Below, one piece after another: positions 1-7,886 of a stretch of DNA of 20,000 bases. The notes beneath the pieces were generated by a model. That model saw only the letters and a list, made by a program, of their open reading frames with translations, had not been told where the DNA came from and made no database searches. Source of the stretch: an uncultured virus (IMG/VR IMGVR_UViG_3300037010_000217) (lineage: Duplodnaviria; Heunggongvirae; Uroviricota; Caudoviricetes); the IMG/VR virus record IMGVR_UViG_3300037010_000217; one strand, 5' to 3'. Position numbers and translations under genes: made by a program. Numbering within the stretch: position 1 is the first letter of the stretch; every line of letters starts with the position of its first letter.

Positions 1-376
1 CAAATACAATAGATCCCTCTGGTAACTTATAAGCACCAATCTGTTTATTCAACAATAGGCGTGTAAATAGCAAACGAGTAGTAGCATTAGACTTACTTAA
101 CTCATCTAACATAATTACTTTAGGACGAGGATCATTGACTCCCCAGCTAGAGTTGGTAGCAAAATAAGATACACCGTCTTCTACATAAGGTAACTGTACA
201 TCAGGAACATCGTTCACTGGACAATCAATATAAATAAATTGATGATTAGATAATTCTGGAGCTTCTTGCAAGTAGTCTAAAATAGAACTCTTACCTACAC
301 CTGGTTCACCTACTACTAAGTAAGTGATATCTGTACCAGTGTTTAGGATAGCATTAGCAATTTGTTGGATGTTCAT
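1..376 (-). CDS. AAA+ ATPase, N4 gp24-like (truncated by window edge)
   Basis: Not in ORF track. Manual translation from ATG at 376: MNIQQIANAILNTGTDITYLVVGEPGVGKSSIL...KVIMLDELSK..., with Walker A GEPGVGKS and Walker B IMLDE. AAGGT RBS upstream. Middle-region position fits N4 gp24. Confidence 0.85.
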   Translation of the reverse strand, partial: MNIQQIANAILNTGTDITYLVVGEPGVGKSSILDYLQEAPELSNHQFIYIDCPVNDVPDVQLPYVEDGVSYFATNSSWGVNDPRPKVIMLDELSKSNATTRLLFTRLLLNKQIGAYKLPEGSIVF

Positions 377-427
377 GGTTCATACCTTTTTAATGATTAA
401 TTGATTTATGATTAGAAGAATTCGGTA

Positions 428-456
428 GCACCTATACAGACTTAGCTGTATAGGGC
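428..456 (-). terminator. Stem-loop downstream of the 469..822 gene (terminator or processing site)
   Basis: CCTATACAG-ACTTAG-CTGTATAGG inverted repeat in intergenic space; no clear U-tract. Confidence 0.45.
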
Positions 457-468
457 ATTAATATAAAC

Positions 469-822
469 TTATTGAAGTTCTGTAAACTTACTGTGCATTG
501 CACTCAAGAAAACATTTTTGAATTTCTTTCTAAAGCATCCACCAGGAATTGCATTTAGAGACTCTAAACGAATACCTTCAGAATCGTGCTTTTCAATTTC
601 TACAAGTATAGGAAGTTTATTGCAAACCTTACCTTCATACACAAACATAGTAGTATTGTCTTCAGTACGTACTTGCTGAATTAAGGAAAGTGTTAGACAC
701 TCATCAGAAAATGGAGTATCTGTAGTATTTGTACTATCTTTAGCAGTATTAGCAGCGTTGCTAGCTTTCTCTGTAAGTTCTTCGATAATACCTAAAATTT
801 CTAGCATTTCTTGTTTAGTCAT
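469..822 (-). CDS. Hypothetical phage protein (117 aa)
   Basis: ORF with AAGGAG RBS, co-oriented in the minus-strand operon. Confidence 0.75.
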   Translation of the reverse strand: MTKQEMLEILGIIEELTEKASNAANTAKDSTNTTDTPFSDECLTLSLIQQVRTEDNTTMFVYEGKVCNKLPILVEIEKHDSEGIRLESLNAIPGGCFRKKFKNVFLSAMHSKFTELQ

Positions 823-878
823 TTAAGACTCCTTGGTTTAATTAAAATGATTAAAATGGATCCACAGAATAGTAAATA

Positions 879-1064
879 CTATCTGTCCTGTAAATTAAGC
901 AATCTCTTCACCTCTTTGGTTACCAATGAACTGAACTTCTGCCCAGCTTGTTGGTCTCTACCATCAGAGTATGCAATCCAATACAACTGTTCTAAGATAT
1001 TAGCTCTTAGATTTTCATCAGTCATCATACGATCAATAGTCTTGATCACTTCCTGTTTATTCAT
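879..1064 (-). CDS. Hypothetical phage protein (61 aa)
   Basis: AAGGA RBS, tight operon packing. Confidence 0.7.
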   Translation of the reverse strand: MNKQEVIKTIDRMMTDENLRANILEQLYWIAYSDGRDQQAGQKFSSLVTKEVKRLLNLQDR

Positions 1065-1076
1065 GATTAGATTCCT

Positions 1077-1307
1077 TTAGATTTCGAAGCATCCATCATT
1101 TACATAATATGCATCTTCAAATTCATCATACATATGCTGACCTTTGAACACTAATAGATACCATAAATTAGTATCTCCTAAAGGAAAGTATCTCCATGCA
1201 TCTGTACCAAAGATATCTTCATGATTAGGGTGTTGACCTACAGGCATTGTAGTAGTTACTAATAGCACATCACGTGTACTCTTTGGTTTACTCACTTCAA
1301 TTTCCAT
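1077..1307 (-). CDS. Hypothetical phage protein (76 aa)
   Basis: GAGGA RBS, abuts upstream gene stop. Confidence 0.7.
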   Translation of the reverse strand: MEIEVSKPKSTRDVLLVTTTMPVGQHPNHEDIFGTDAWRYFPLGDTNLWYLLVFKGQHMYDEFEDAYYVNDGCFEI

Positions 1308-1544
1308 TTAACTGTCCTCTCTACTATTTCTAAATGAATCAATATAAGCGTATGCCTCTGCTTCAAGAGCATCGTAGTAACACTGGTCAATTAAATTTGT
1401 AATACGTGCATCACCTACATAAATATTTAGGTAATCAATTTGATACTCTTCAGGAATGTTAGTATCCATAGAAGTCTTAGCTTCCACGAATAACGTTACA
1501 CCATGAAGCACTGTCTTAAACTCAAATGTCTCAGTGGTTGTCAT
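1308..1544 (-). CDS. Hypothetical acidic phage protein (78 aa)
   Basis: GAGGT RBS, operon packing. Confidence 0.75.
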   Translation of the reverse strand: MTTTETFEFKTVLHGVTLFVEAKTSMDTNIPEEYQIDYLNIYVGDARITNLIDQCYYDALEAEAYAYIDSFRNSREDS

Positions 1545-1552
1545 AGATACCT

Positions 1553-1963
1553 CTATAATAGTTTCTTGATAGCAGCTAGTTTAGACTCTAGTTGCTTGTT
1601 ACGTTCTTGTAGCTCTTTAACCTTACTAGAAAGAGCTTGGTTAGCTTTATCACAGCTAATTAATAGATTAGCGTCATTTACTGTTCTGGTAAGCCTAGAA
1701 GGGACTATATGGACTTTAAAACTACATCTAAGACCATCTACACGTGTGAAGCAAAGTAGTTTAGTATCATTCTCTAGATTAACAAATATGTCATATACAA
1801 AGCCTGTATCAATAGCCTCAGCTACTAAAACAAATTCATATACTTCATTCGTGTCTAATCTAATTGAAGATTTAACTAAAAAGTCTGAATGATACTTACA
1901 AGGTTTACGTTTACTTGCAAGTTTTCCTAATATATCCATCCAAAACATAGTGTCTTCTGTCAT
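1553..1963 (-). CDS. Hypothetical protein with C-terminal coiled coil (136 aa)
   Basis: AAGGA RBS; heptad-like LSSKVKELQERNKQLESKLAAIKKLL. Confidence 0.75.
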   Translation of the reverse strand: MTEDTMFWMDILGKLASKRKPCKYHSDFLVKSSIRLDTNEVYEFVLVAEAIDTGFVYDIFVNLENDTKLLCFTRVDGLRCSFKVHIVPSRLTRTVNDANLLISCDKANQALSSKVKELQERNKQLESKLAAIKKLL

Positions 1964-1985
1964 GATTAAGATTCCTTATCTATAT

Positions 1986-2276
1986 TTATTTGTCTTTGGA
2001 TACTTCTACTGCTTGGATTGTTATAATGTCTGCATTACATCTTACAAAGTTACCATGTTGTTCTAATGGTTCAGATCGTGGCATAAAATTACGATCTAAG
2101 TATTTCGTATATACGTCTACAACTATACCCTGTTGACATTCCAGCCAGTTTGTTGCACCTCCATGCTGGTCTCTAAGTGCTTGTAACTCTGGTGATATTG
2201 GAGTTATAGCTTCTTGTTTTGCACAGCCTGCTAGTAATGCTAAAGCACTAACAGTAAATAGCCATTTGTATTGCAT
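1986..2276 (-). CDS. Putative lipoprotein (96 aa)
   Basis: Signal peptide with lipobox MQYKWLFTVSALALLAG-C; two further Cys in the mature part; TAATG coupling to the upstream gene. Confidence 0.8.
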   Translation of the reverse strand: MQYKWLFTVSALALLAGCAKQEAITPISPELQALRDQHGGATNWLECQQGIVVDVYTKYLDRNFMPRSEPLEQHGNFVRCNADIITIQAVEVSKDK

Positions 2277-2593
2277 TACAGTTCTCCTACGTATTCAAGC
2301 AATGGCATCCAGTATATAACGTCGTACAATTGACGATTACATACGCTAAACCATTGGCAATATTCTGCATTATAAAAAGCTACATGTTGACCTTCTTTAG
2401 CATCTATCACCAGTACATTAGTAAAGGTGGTTGGTAATTCACCATCAATATCAAACTTAGTCCATGCAGCTTGCATTGCAGCTTCTAAGGCTCTACGCAT
2501 ATCTCTAAGATTACCGCTAGGTATATCATAGTCATGGTTCAGTCCTAGATATTCACATGCTGCAACATGTACCATTTTGTCTGTTATACTCAT
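2276..2593 (-). CDS. DUF551-like phage protein (105 aa)
   Basis: W..(e)LP....VLV...V.YWMPL signature typical of DUF551. Confidence 0.7.
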   Translation of the reverse strand: MSITDKMVHVAACEYLGLNHDYDIPSGNLRDMRRALEAAMQAAWTKFDIDGELPTTFTNVLVIDAKEGQHVAFYNAEYCQWFSVCNRQLYDVIYWMPLLEYVGEL

Positions 2594-2760
2594 TTAACCA
2601 ACTCACATTTATAGGTTTTATGTCCTATATAAAAACTTCCTAGTCGCTCACAATCTTTACCTATACTAGATTCAGCTATCATCCATGTAGTAGATAATAC
2701 AAACGCTACTATTGTTACAACTGTTACGCCTATGACTAGTGACAAAAAAGAATCGTTCAT
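2590..2760 (-). CDS. Small single-TM membrane protein (56 aa)
   Basis: Below ORF-track cutoff. MNDSFLSLVIGVTVVTIVAFVLSTTWMIAESSIGKDCERLGSFYIGHKTYKCELVK; GAGGT RBS; ATGA overlap with next gene. Confidence 0.75.
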   Translation of the reverse strand: MNDSFLSLVIGVTVVTIVAFVLSTTWMIAESSIGKDCERLGSFYIGHKTYKCELVK

Positions 2761-2774
2761 ATTTTTACCTCAAA

Positions 2775-3017
2775 TTATTCTTCATTAGAGACTTTTACTG
2801 TTAAATTTGGATCTGTCACAATAATTACTTTAGTTTCAATCTTATTTATTGCATCAATACTAAAAGAGATACCAAAGAAAAATAGTGCTACAGTAACTAA
2901 GTACAAAGCACCAGATTCATCATTTGTAGAAAAGTAAGTGTATATAGCAAATATACTTAGTATGTATGCAATTACATCAGCCGAGTTAATATTTAATGTG
3001 AATTCTCGAATATTCAT
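2775..3017 (-). CDS. Small two-TM membrane protein (80 aa), holin-like topology
   Basis: Two hydrophobic segments (VIAYILSIFAIYTYF; ALYLVTVALFFFGISFSI); AAGGGA RBS. Confidence 0.7.
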   Translation of the reverse strand: MNIREFTLNINSADVIAYILSIFAIYTYFSTNDESGALYLVTVALFFFGISFSIDAINKIETKVIIVTDPNLTVKVSNEE

Positions 3018-3046
3018 TAGATTGTCCCTTATATTTATTTAGTGAT

Positions 3047-3685
3047 TCATGCTTTTTTAGATTTGTTTGTTGGTTTAGCTTTTGGTTCATTAATAGGTTT
3101 AATGCCTTTAGCTTTTACGTATGTTGGCTTATCCATGAAAGTATGTTTACCAACTTTAGCAACTGGAGTGTACTGTTTAACCCATACATGCTTCTTAGTG
3201 TCTACTTTAGACACATTAGCATAATATCTAGCACCATTAGCTAGATCAGGTAATTTACCTTTCAGCTCTAGATCAGCAATATGTAAAGCTTCTTTCCATT
3301 TATCTTCTTCAGCAATTTCAATAGCATCTTTATTTATAGTCCATGAGAATTGTTTAGGTTGATAAATTACTTCATAGTAAGTCTTAGGGAATTCAGGATC
3401 CTGTAATCTATGTCTTACTGTATTAGTAACAGCAATCATACCCTCTTTACCTTCACCTCTAGCTTCTTGATAGGCATTAAGAGCTATAGCTTCTTTCTGA
3501 TCAGGAAGAATAGGAGCTAATCTATTAGGTTTAGTTAATTGACCGACTTCTACTCCATATACTTCTGGATTAGACTCTAAGTCTTTCTGTACTTTATCAT
3601 AATGATAAAGCATTCCAAATGCAGGAGTAATTATTACTAGTAACCATACTAGATTAGTTAACTTATTTTTTAAGTAATTATTCAT
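3047..3685 (-). CDS. Cell wall hydrolase, SleB/Hydrolase_2 family, with N-terminal TM anchor
   Basis: ALNAYQEARGE (catalytic Glu), VIYQPKQFSW, GARYY and VGKHTF motifs. GAGGTG RBS favours ATG at 3685 over GTG at 3694. Confidence 0.9.
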   Translation of the reverse strand: MNNYLKNKLTNLVWLLVIITPAFGMLYHYDKVQKDLESNPEVYGVEVGQLTKPNRLAPILPDQKEAIALNAYQEARGEGKEGMIAVTNTVRHRLQDPEFPKTYYEVIYQPKQFSWTINKDAIEIAEEDKWKEALHIADLELKGKLPDLANGARYYANVSKVDTKKHVWVKQYTPVAKVGKHTFMDKPTYVKAKGIKPINEPKAKPTNKSKKA

Positions 3686-3790
3686 GAGATTCACCTCTTA
3701 TTAGGTTAAGGATACCTTATACCTAAATTAAATAATTTAAGTTATTTAGTATTTAGGCTTATAAACGAAGGGTTATATTTAGACTATCTT

Positions 3791-3817
3791 TAGATATTAT
3801 ATATATATATATATCTA
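3791..3817. repeat. (TA)n tract within an AT-rich near-palindrome
   Basis: TAGATAT-TATATATATATAT-ATATCTA; 17-nt alternating TA run at 3798-3814. Confidence 0.85.
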
Positions 3818-3886
3818 TATTATATTTAATATATAAATATAAACAGAAGAAGAGAAAAACCAGGTAAAAAGAGAAGAAGAGTCCGC

Positions 3887-3915
3887 AGTATAGTAAGCAT
3901 CCGATGACGTGTCAA
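3887..3915 (-). promoter_or_regulatory. Sigma70-type promoter
   Basis: Minus strand TTGACA (3915-3910), 17-bp spacer, TATACT (3892-3887), in the intergenic gap upstream of the hydrolase gene. Confidence 0.8.
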
Positions 3916-3970
3916 ATCAAAGTTTCTTATGAAAAGCAGACTATCTATAGCTAAGTATCTATGGTTCTAC

Positions 3971-4213
3971 CTAAAAAGGTAACTCATCTGGATCAGTTAC
4001 ATACTTACCAGCAAGCAAGTACCAGTTCTTAAACTCAACTATGTGATCATCTACAGATCCTTCACAAGTCCTAAATATTTTCTTTAAGGTTTCTTCATTA
4101 ATCACATACGTACTGTCCCATTGCATGAGTAAATGCTTAGTATTCCATCCACATGTACAGCATTGATTAACAAAAGCCTCTACATGGTAAGACATATATT
4201 TAATATCATTCAT
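3971..4213 (-). CDS. Hypothetical protein (80 aa) with CxxC-like CCTC motif
   Basis: ORF overlapping the upstream gene stop; co-oriented. Confidence 0.65.
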   Translation of the reverse strand: MNDIKYMSYHVEAFVNQCCTCGWNTKHLLMQWDSTYVINEETLKKIFRTCEGSVDDHIVEFKNWYLLAGKYVTDPDELPF

Positions 4214-4487
4214 AACCTACCATCCGTTTCCAATTACGGGCTTGTATTAGGTTATAACGCTTTCCTACAGCCTCATCTTCATTTACACTATAATCAAGAT
4301 AGTACCAAGATATAAACTCATCTACATTACCAATGAGCTTAGGATTCTTAGCAAATAGTAGTGCAATATCTTCTTCAGTTAGTGCATCTGGATTCATTGG
4401 TTTGAATGTTAAAGAGATTAATTGCTTTACAATCTCTTCACCAATACACAGATATCCGCCTAACTCTTTAGCTTCAAATGTACTCAT
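4206..4487 (-). CDS. Hypothetical protein (93 aa)
   Basis: GGAG RBS, ATGA overlap with upstream gene. Confidence 0.7.
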   Translation of the reverse strand: MSTFEAKELGGYLCIGEEIVKQLISLTFKPMNPDALTEEDIALLFAKNPKLIGNVDEFISWYYLDYSVNEDEAVGKRYNLIQARNWKRMVGYE

Positions 4488-4594
4488 TTAATCATCTCCA
4501 CAATGAGATACATACCTACAATGATACCAATTGTTAATATACTAACAGTCTTATAGTAATGATTATCAGCTAACCAATCAGTAAACTTACGCAT
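4484..4594 (-). CDS. Small membrane protein (36 aa; start revised from 4666)
   Basis: GGAG at 4604-4601 precedes ATG 4594: MRKFTDWLADNHYYKTVSILTIGIIVGMYLIVEMIK. Confidence 0.65.
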   Translation of the reverse strand: MRKFTDWLADNHYYKTVSILTIGIIVGMYLIVEMIK

Positions 4595-4694
4595 AGCACT
4601 CTCCATTAAATATATAAAACAATTCCACAACATAAAAAGAACCCGAACACAACGGCAAATATACATACTATCTATAAACTATCTAGCAGTATTT

Positions 4695-4726
4695 AAAAAA
4701 AAAGCCTACCCTATTAAGGGTAGACT
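4695..4726 (-). terminator. Rho-independent terminator
   Basis: Minus strand GTCTACCCT-TAAT-AGGGTAGGC followed by T9, just after the 4735..5124 stop. Confidence 0.9.
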
Positions 4727-4734
4727 GTTGATTA

Positions 4735-5124
4735 CTATGAGATTTGCATTTTATTTCCTAGGAAGCTTAACATTTCTACATAGTACTCAAAGAAGCACTT
4801 ATTAGGCTTGATATTACAAGCTACCATTCTATTATGGATATTAAGTGCTTCATTGTATGTACTTGAGTACCTTTCCAGATACCCTATAAGTTTGGTTAGT
4901 CTTTTTTCTGTATTTGGGTTATTTAGGTCTTTGACCCAAGTTAAGTCCAATACTACTTTAGGATTCAATCCTAATTCAGCTAAAATATTAGAGCAGAATT
5001 CTGTGACATGCACTTCATCAAATGCTCCTAGTTGATCTGCGTAGTATTGGTCATGGTCTCCTTGAATAATGTTATTGCTGATGTAATATGTTAAAGTATC
5101 TGCAGTGAAAACTTCGTATTTCAT
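4735..5124 (-). CDS. Hypothetical protein (129 aa)
   Basis: Strong AGGAGG RBS, directly downstream of the RNAP gene. Confidence 0.8.
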   Translation of the reverse strand: MKYEVFTADTLTYYISNNIIQGDHDQYYADQLGAFDEVHVTEFCSNILAELGLNPKVVLDLTWVKDLNNPNTEKRLTKLIGYLERYSSTYNEALNIHNRMVACNIKPNKCFFEYYVEMLSFLGNKMQIS

Positions 5125-5170
5125 ATAACCTCCTAGGTTATTTAGTTGATTGATTCAATATTGAAACTGT

Positions 5171-6907
5171 TTACGATAGAATGTATTTAGCAGATTGCAT
5201 CTTAACGTCAAGATCATCACATAGTTTCTCAATCTTAATATCTTCACCAGATATTTGAGATAAGATACTAGACAGGTAATCTTTTTTAGCTAAGTCGATC
5301 ATGATATCTTTAAAGATACCACGCATTTTCTTAGCATTGTTTGGGTGACACACGAATGAGTCATGGATATGAACTACTTCAAATGGACAACGTCTAATGA
5401 GTTCTCTTGCTACCATAGCATCAAAGCTATGAGTTAGATTAGCCATTAGGTGTGTATACGATCCTGAAGCACCTAATACACTTTTAGTATATTCAAAGGT
5501 TACATCATCTTCTAATGTTACCATCAAGGTTTCATTGTAAGAGTGACGTAATACTACTTCAAAGCCATCAGGCATAGTCCATCTATGCTCAGCTGTATCT
5601 TTCCATATAGAAGGAATAGCTTCTAATAGCTCACTTGGGCCAGTAAAACCTTTACTAATTGCCTTATAGAATGCCTTTAACTGATTCTCATTAAATGCTT
5701 TCTTAGGTGTAGCAACAGAGTTATACCAATGAGTCATGAAAGGCTTCTTAGCTTTATTACGATCTACAGCATCAGTTGCTGATAATTCGCTATTCATAAG
5801 ATTTACCACATATGAATACACATCTTCACGTTTACCTGTATCTATTAAATTTACTTTAGCAGCTGTGGTTTCGCATCCAGTCAGTGCAGCTAAGATCTGC
5901 AGACCAGAAGCTGTACAGTCCCACATTACAGGTAGACCAATAGGCATACCATCTAATGCATCTAAATATGCCATTACAGCCTTTGTGAATAGAATTGGTT
6001 CTGCTATATCATCTAAGTCTATGGTTACTTCACCATCCACTACAGATACTTTAGAAGCTACTAGTTCATATCCTTTAGCTAAGCGATCTGTCCAAGATAG
6101 TTTATCGTAGCCTGCTGTGTTAGCAATCCACATAACTATTTCTTCTAGACCTTCCTCAGTGCATACTTCTGCTTTAGCAAAGTTAAGTGTAGCTTTGTGG
6201 TACTCACTGGATTGTAGATTTAACTCATACCCTTTTGAATACATACGACCACGCTTGTCATACTGCCACATAAAGTAGAATTTTCTATCTCCTATATCAT
6301 CTACTACGTCCTTAACCTTCTTCTTATCATAAGAAGTTACATCTTTAAACGTATCAGTAATATAACGATCTAGTTTAAACCCTACAGACTGTAGCTTGTT
6401 TAGTACTGGTAGACAGATCTCACCATCATGGTGATTCTTACTACCTAGTAGAGCACTGTGCTTAATGGTGTAATAACCTCCGTTATTATTAGAGGTCCAG
6501 CTTTTAGGCTCTACTAATAGTGGTGGTAGAACTGTTGTCTGAGCTAGTTCTTGCTCTTGAGCATGTGGTAGAAATATATTGTTCTTAATATATAAACTAC
6601 CTTCATTAGATTGGATAATGGTATAAATACCGCTTTTAGCACCTACCATAAGGTAATCTTTCTTGATTACCTCCTCTGGTTCAACGCATAACAAACTAGC
6701 TAATCTAGCTATAAGCCCTTGAATAGGCTTATTCTTACTATTCTCTAGTACAGCTAGTAGTAAAGCTGCTGCTACTTCCTCAGTCATACCTAACTGAGTT
6801 AGTACTAATGTGTCTGTGCTATCAATTAGATCATAAATTCTAGAGGTAGCTAACCTCTTAGAGTATTTGTTCTCTAATTGGATTTGTAATTCATATAAGT
6901 TTTGCAT
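5171..6907 (-). CDS. T7-family single-subunit DNA-directed RNA polymerase, N4 RNAPII-like (gp15+gp16 equivalents in one ORF)
   Basis: DKRGRMY (DxRGR), motif A WDCTASGLQ, motif B RNKAKKPFMTHWY, W(T)MPDGF, ANLTHSFDA, motif C IHDSF; C-terminal YILS resembles the N4 gp16 end as I recall it; GAGGA RBS. Confidence 0.93.
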   Translation of the reverse strand: MQNLYELQIQLENKYSKRLATSRIYDLIDSTDTLVLTQLGMTEEVAAALLLAVLENSKNKPIQGLIARLASLLCVEPEEVIKKDYLMVGAKSGIYTIIQSNEGSLYIKNNIFLPHAQEQELAQTTVLPPLLVEPKSWTSNNNGGYYTIKHSALLGSKNHHDGEICLPVLNKLQSVGFKLDRYITDTFKDVTSYDKKKVKDVVDDIGDRKFYFMWQYDKRGRMYSKGYELNLQSSEYHKATLNFAKAEVCTEEGLEEIVMWIANTAGYDKLSWTDRLAKGYELVASKVSVVDGEVTIDLDDIAEPILFTKAVMAYLDALDGMPIGLPVMWDCTASGLQILAALTGCETTAAKVNLIDTGKREDVYSYVVNLMNSELSATDAVDRNKAKKPFMTHWYNSVATPKKAFNENQLKAFYKAISKGFTGPSELLEAIPSIWKDTAEHRWTMPDGFEVVLRHSYNETLMVTLEDDVTFEYTKSVLGASGSYTHLMANLTHSFDAMVARELIRRCPFEVVHIHDSFVCHPNNAKKMRGIFKDIMIDLAKKDYLSSILSQISGEDIKIEKLCDDLDVKMQSAKYILS

Positions 6908-6964
6908 ATCTATTCCTCGTCAGGTTGATATCAGTTACTATCTAATATAAATACTAATAAATAT

Positions 6965-6992
6965 GCCCTATACCTATTACTAGGTATAAGGC
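6965..6992 (-). terminator. Stem-loop between the early 89-aa gene and the RNAP gene
   Basis: Minus strand GCCTTATACCTA-GTAA-TAGGTATAGGGC (GNRA loop), weak U-tract. Confidence 0.65.
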
Positions 6993-6998
6993 TTAAGA

Positions 6999-7268
6999 TT
7001 ATTTCTTGAGAATATCCATGATACTTTTCTTCTCATGTACTTTTTCTTCAAGTACCTCTAAGACTAAGCTACCATCTGCGATAGCTTGAATTACATCCAT
7101 AAGTTCTACCTCATACCCTTGAAGGGTTAATTTACCCTTGTTAGTTAGATTCAAGAGTAGACCATATACACTATTTTCACCATTTGGTGTACGAACAGCG
7201 TAAGTTACACGGTTAGCGTTGTTGCTAGTATTGTTAGTTGATGCATTTGCTTTTACGATTAAAGCCAT
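6999..7268 (-). CDS. Early protein (89 aa)
   Basis: GGAG RBS; preceded by a 23-bp promoter motif copy and followed by a hairpin. Confidence 0.8.
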   Translation of the reverse strand: MALIVKANASTNNTSNNANRVTYAVRTPNGENSVYGLLLNLTNKGKLTLQGYEVELMDVIQAIADGSLVLEVLEEKVHEKKSIMDILKK

Positions 7269-7314
7269 TTGAATTCTCCAATGATTAATGATTAATTGAT
7301 GCTGATTTAAATAG

Positions 7315-7337
7315 ATTCCACAACTCAGAGACCCTAA
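7315..7337 (-). promoter_or_regulatory. Putative phage-RNAP early promoter, copy at 7315
   Basis: ATTCCACAACTCAGAGACCCTAA; repeated upstream of three consecutive early genes. Confidence 0.75.
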
Positions 7338-7391
7338 AAAATAGGTATCCCTTCCTCTTGTAATACTATCTTAGATAATTTTATTGGTTTA

Positions 7392-7421
7392 TTACTCCCT
7401 AAGCCTAAGCCTAGAGAGTAA
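7392..7421 (-). terminator. Stem-loop after the 75-aa early gene
   Basis: Minus strand TTACTCTCTAGGC-TTAG-GCTTAGGGAGTAA, 13-bp stem whose two mismatches are G-U pairs only on the minus-strand RNA; no U-tract. Confidence 0.65.
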
Positions 7422-7431
7422 GAATTTGTTG

Positions 7432-7659
7432 TTATGGTGTTTGTGTAGTTGTGTCATTACTACGCATTGCTTGCACTCCGTATGCAAGTGCTGATAATAC
7501 TGCAACACCGCCTAATGCTAAGACAGCTACGTATCCTTTAGTGCCCTCACTTACTACGTCTAGCATAGATGCAGTCATTACTGCGTCCATACTTTCCTCT
7601 ACTGATGTAGCCTGTAAGAACTTACCTGTTGTACTCTTAGCGAATTGTTTACGTGCCAT
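7432..7659 (-). CDS. Early membrane-anchored protein (75 aa)
   Basis: AAGGA RBS; C-proximal TM YVAVLALGGVAVLSALAYGV. Confidence 0.8.
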   Translation of the reverse strand: MARKQFAKSTTGKFLQATSVEESMDAVMTASMLDVVSEGTKGYVAVLALGGVAVLSALAYGVQAMRSNDTTTQTP

Positions 7660-7690
7660 GATGATATTCCTTATTCAAATATTAGATTAA

Positions 7691-7713
7691 ATTCCACAAC
7701 TCCGAGACCCTAA
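7691..7713 (-). promoter_or_regulatory. Putative phage-RNAP early promoter, copy at 7691
   Basis: ATTCCACAACTCCGAGACCCTAA, 22/23 identical to the 7315 copy. Confidence 0.75.
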
Positions 7714-7736
7714 GAGACTATTTGATAAGTGTATTT

Positions 7737-7886
7737 ATGTGTGCATTAAACATGTGTGCAAATAGATGGTATAGATTATTGTCTATGGTGTGTGCATAAG
7801 GTATAGAGTATTGATTATGTATGTGTGCTGTATTTAGGAATGAATGATAATGATGTGTGTGATAGGACTAAGGATATATTTAGGAA
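7737..7886. repeat. Dispersed short direct repeats in a C-poor non-coding tract
   Basis: TGTGTGC at 7738, 7753, 7789, 7822 (TGTGTGT at 7854); GGTATAGA at 7768 and 7800; TATTTAGGAA at 7831 and 7877. Confidence 0.7.

Noticed and set aside
811..7690. Plus-strand ORFs 811-1080, 1503-1892, 3042-3224, 4133-4315, 4808-5035, 5736-6110 and 7451-7690
   Set aside because: Antisense shadows of well-supported minus-strand genes; no recognisable motifs
7718..7867. His-rich open frame on the minus strand (SYHTHHYHSF...AH repeats in frame)
   Set aside because: Bounded upstream by in-frame TAG and TAA, with no start codon or RBS until a very late ATG; explained by the CA-rich composition
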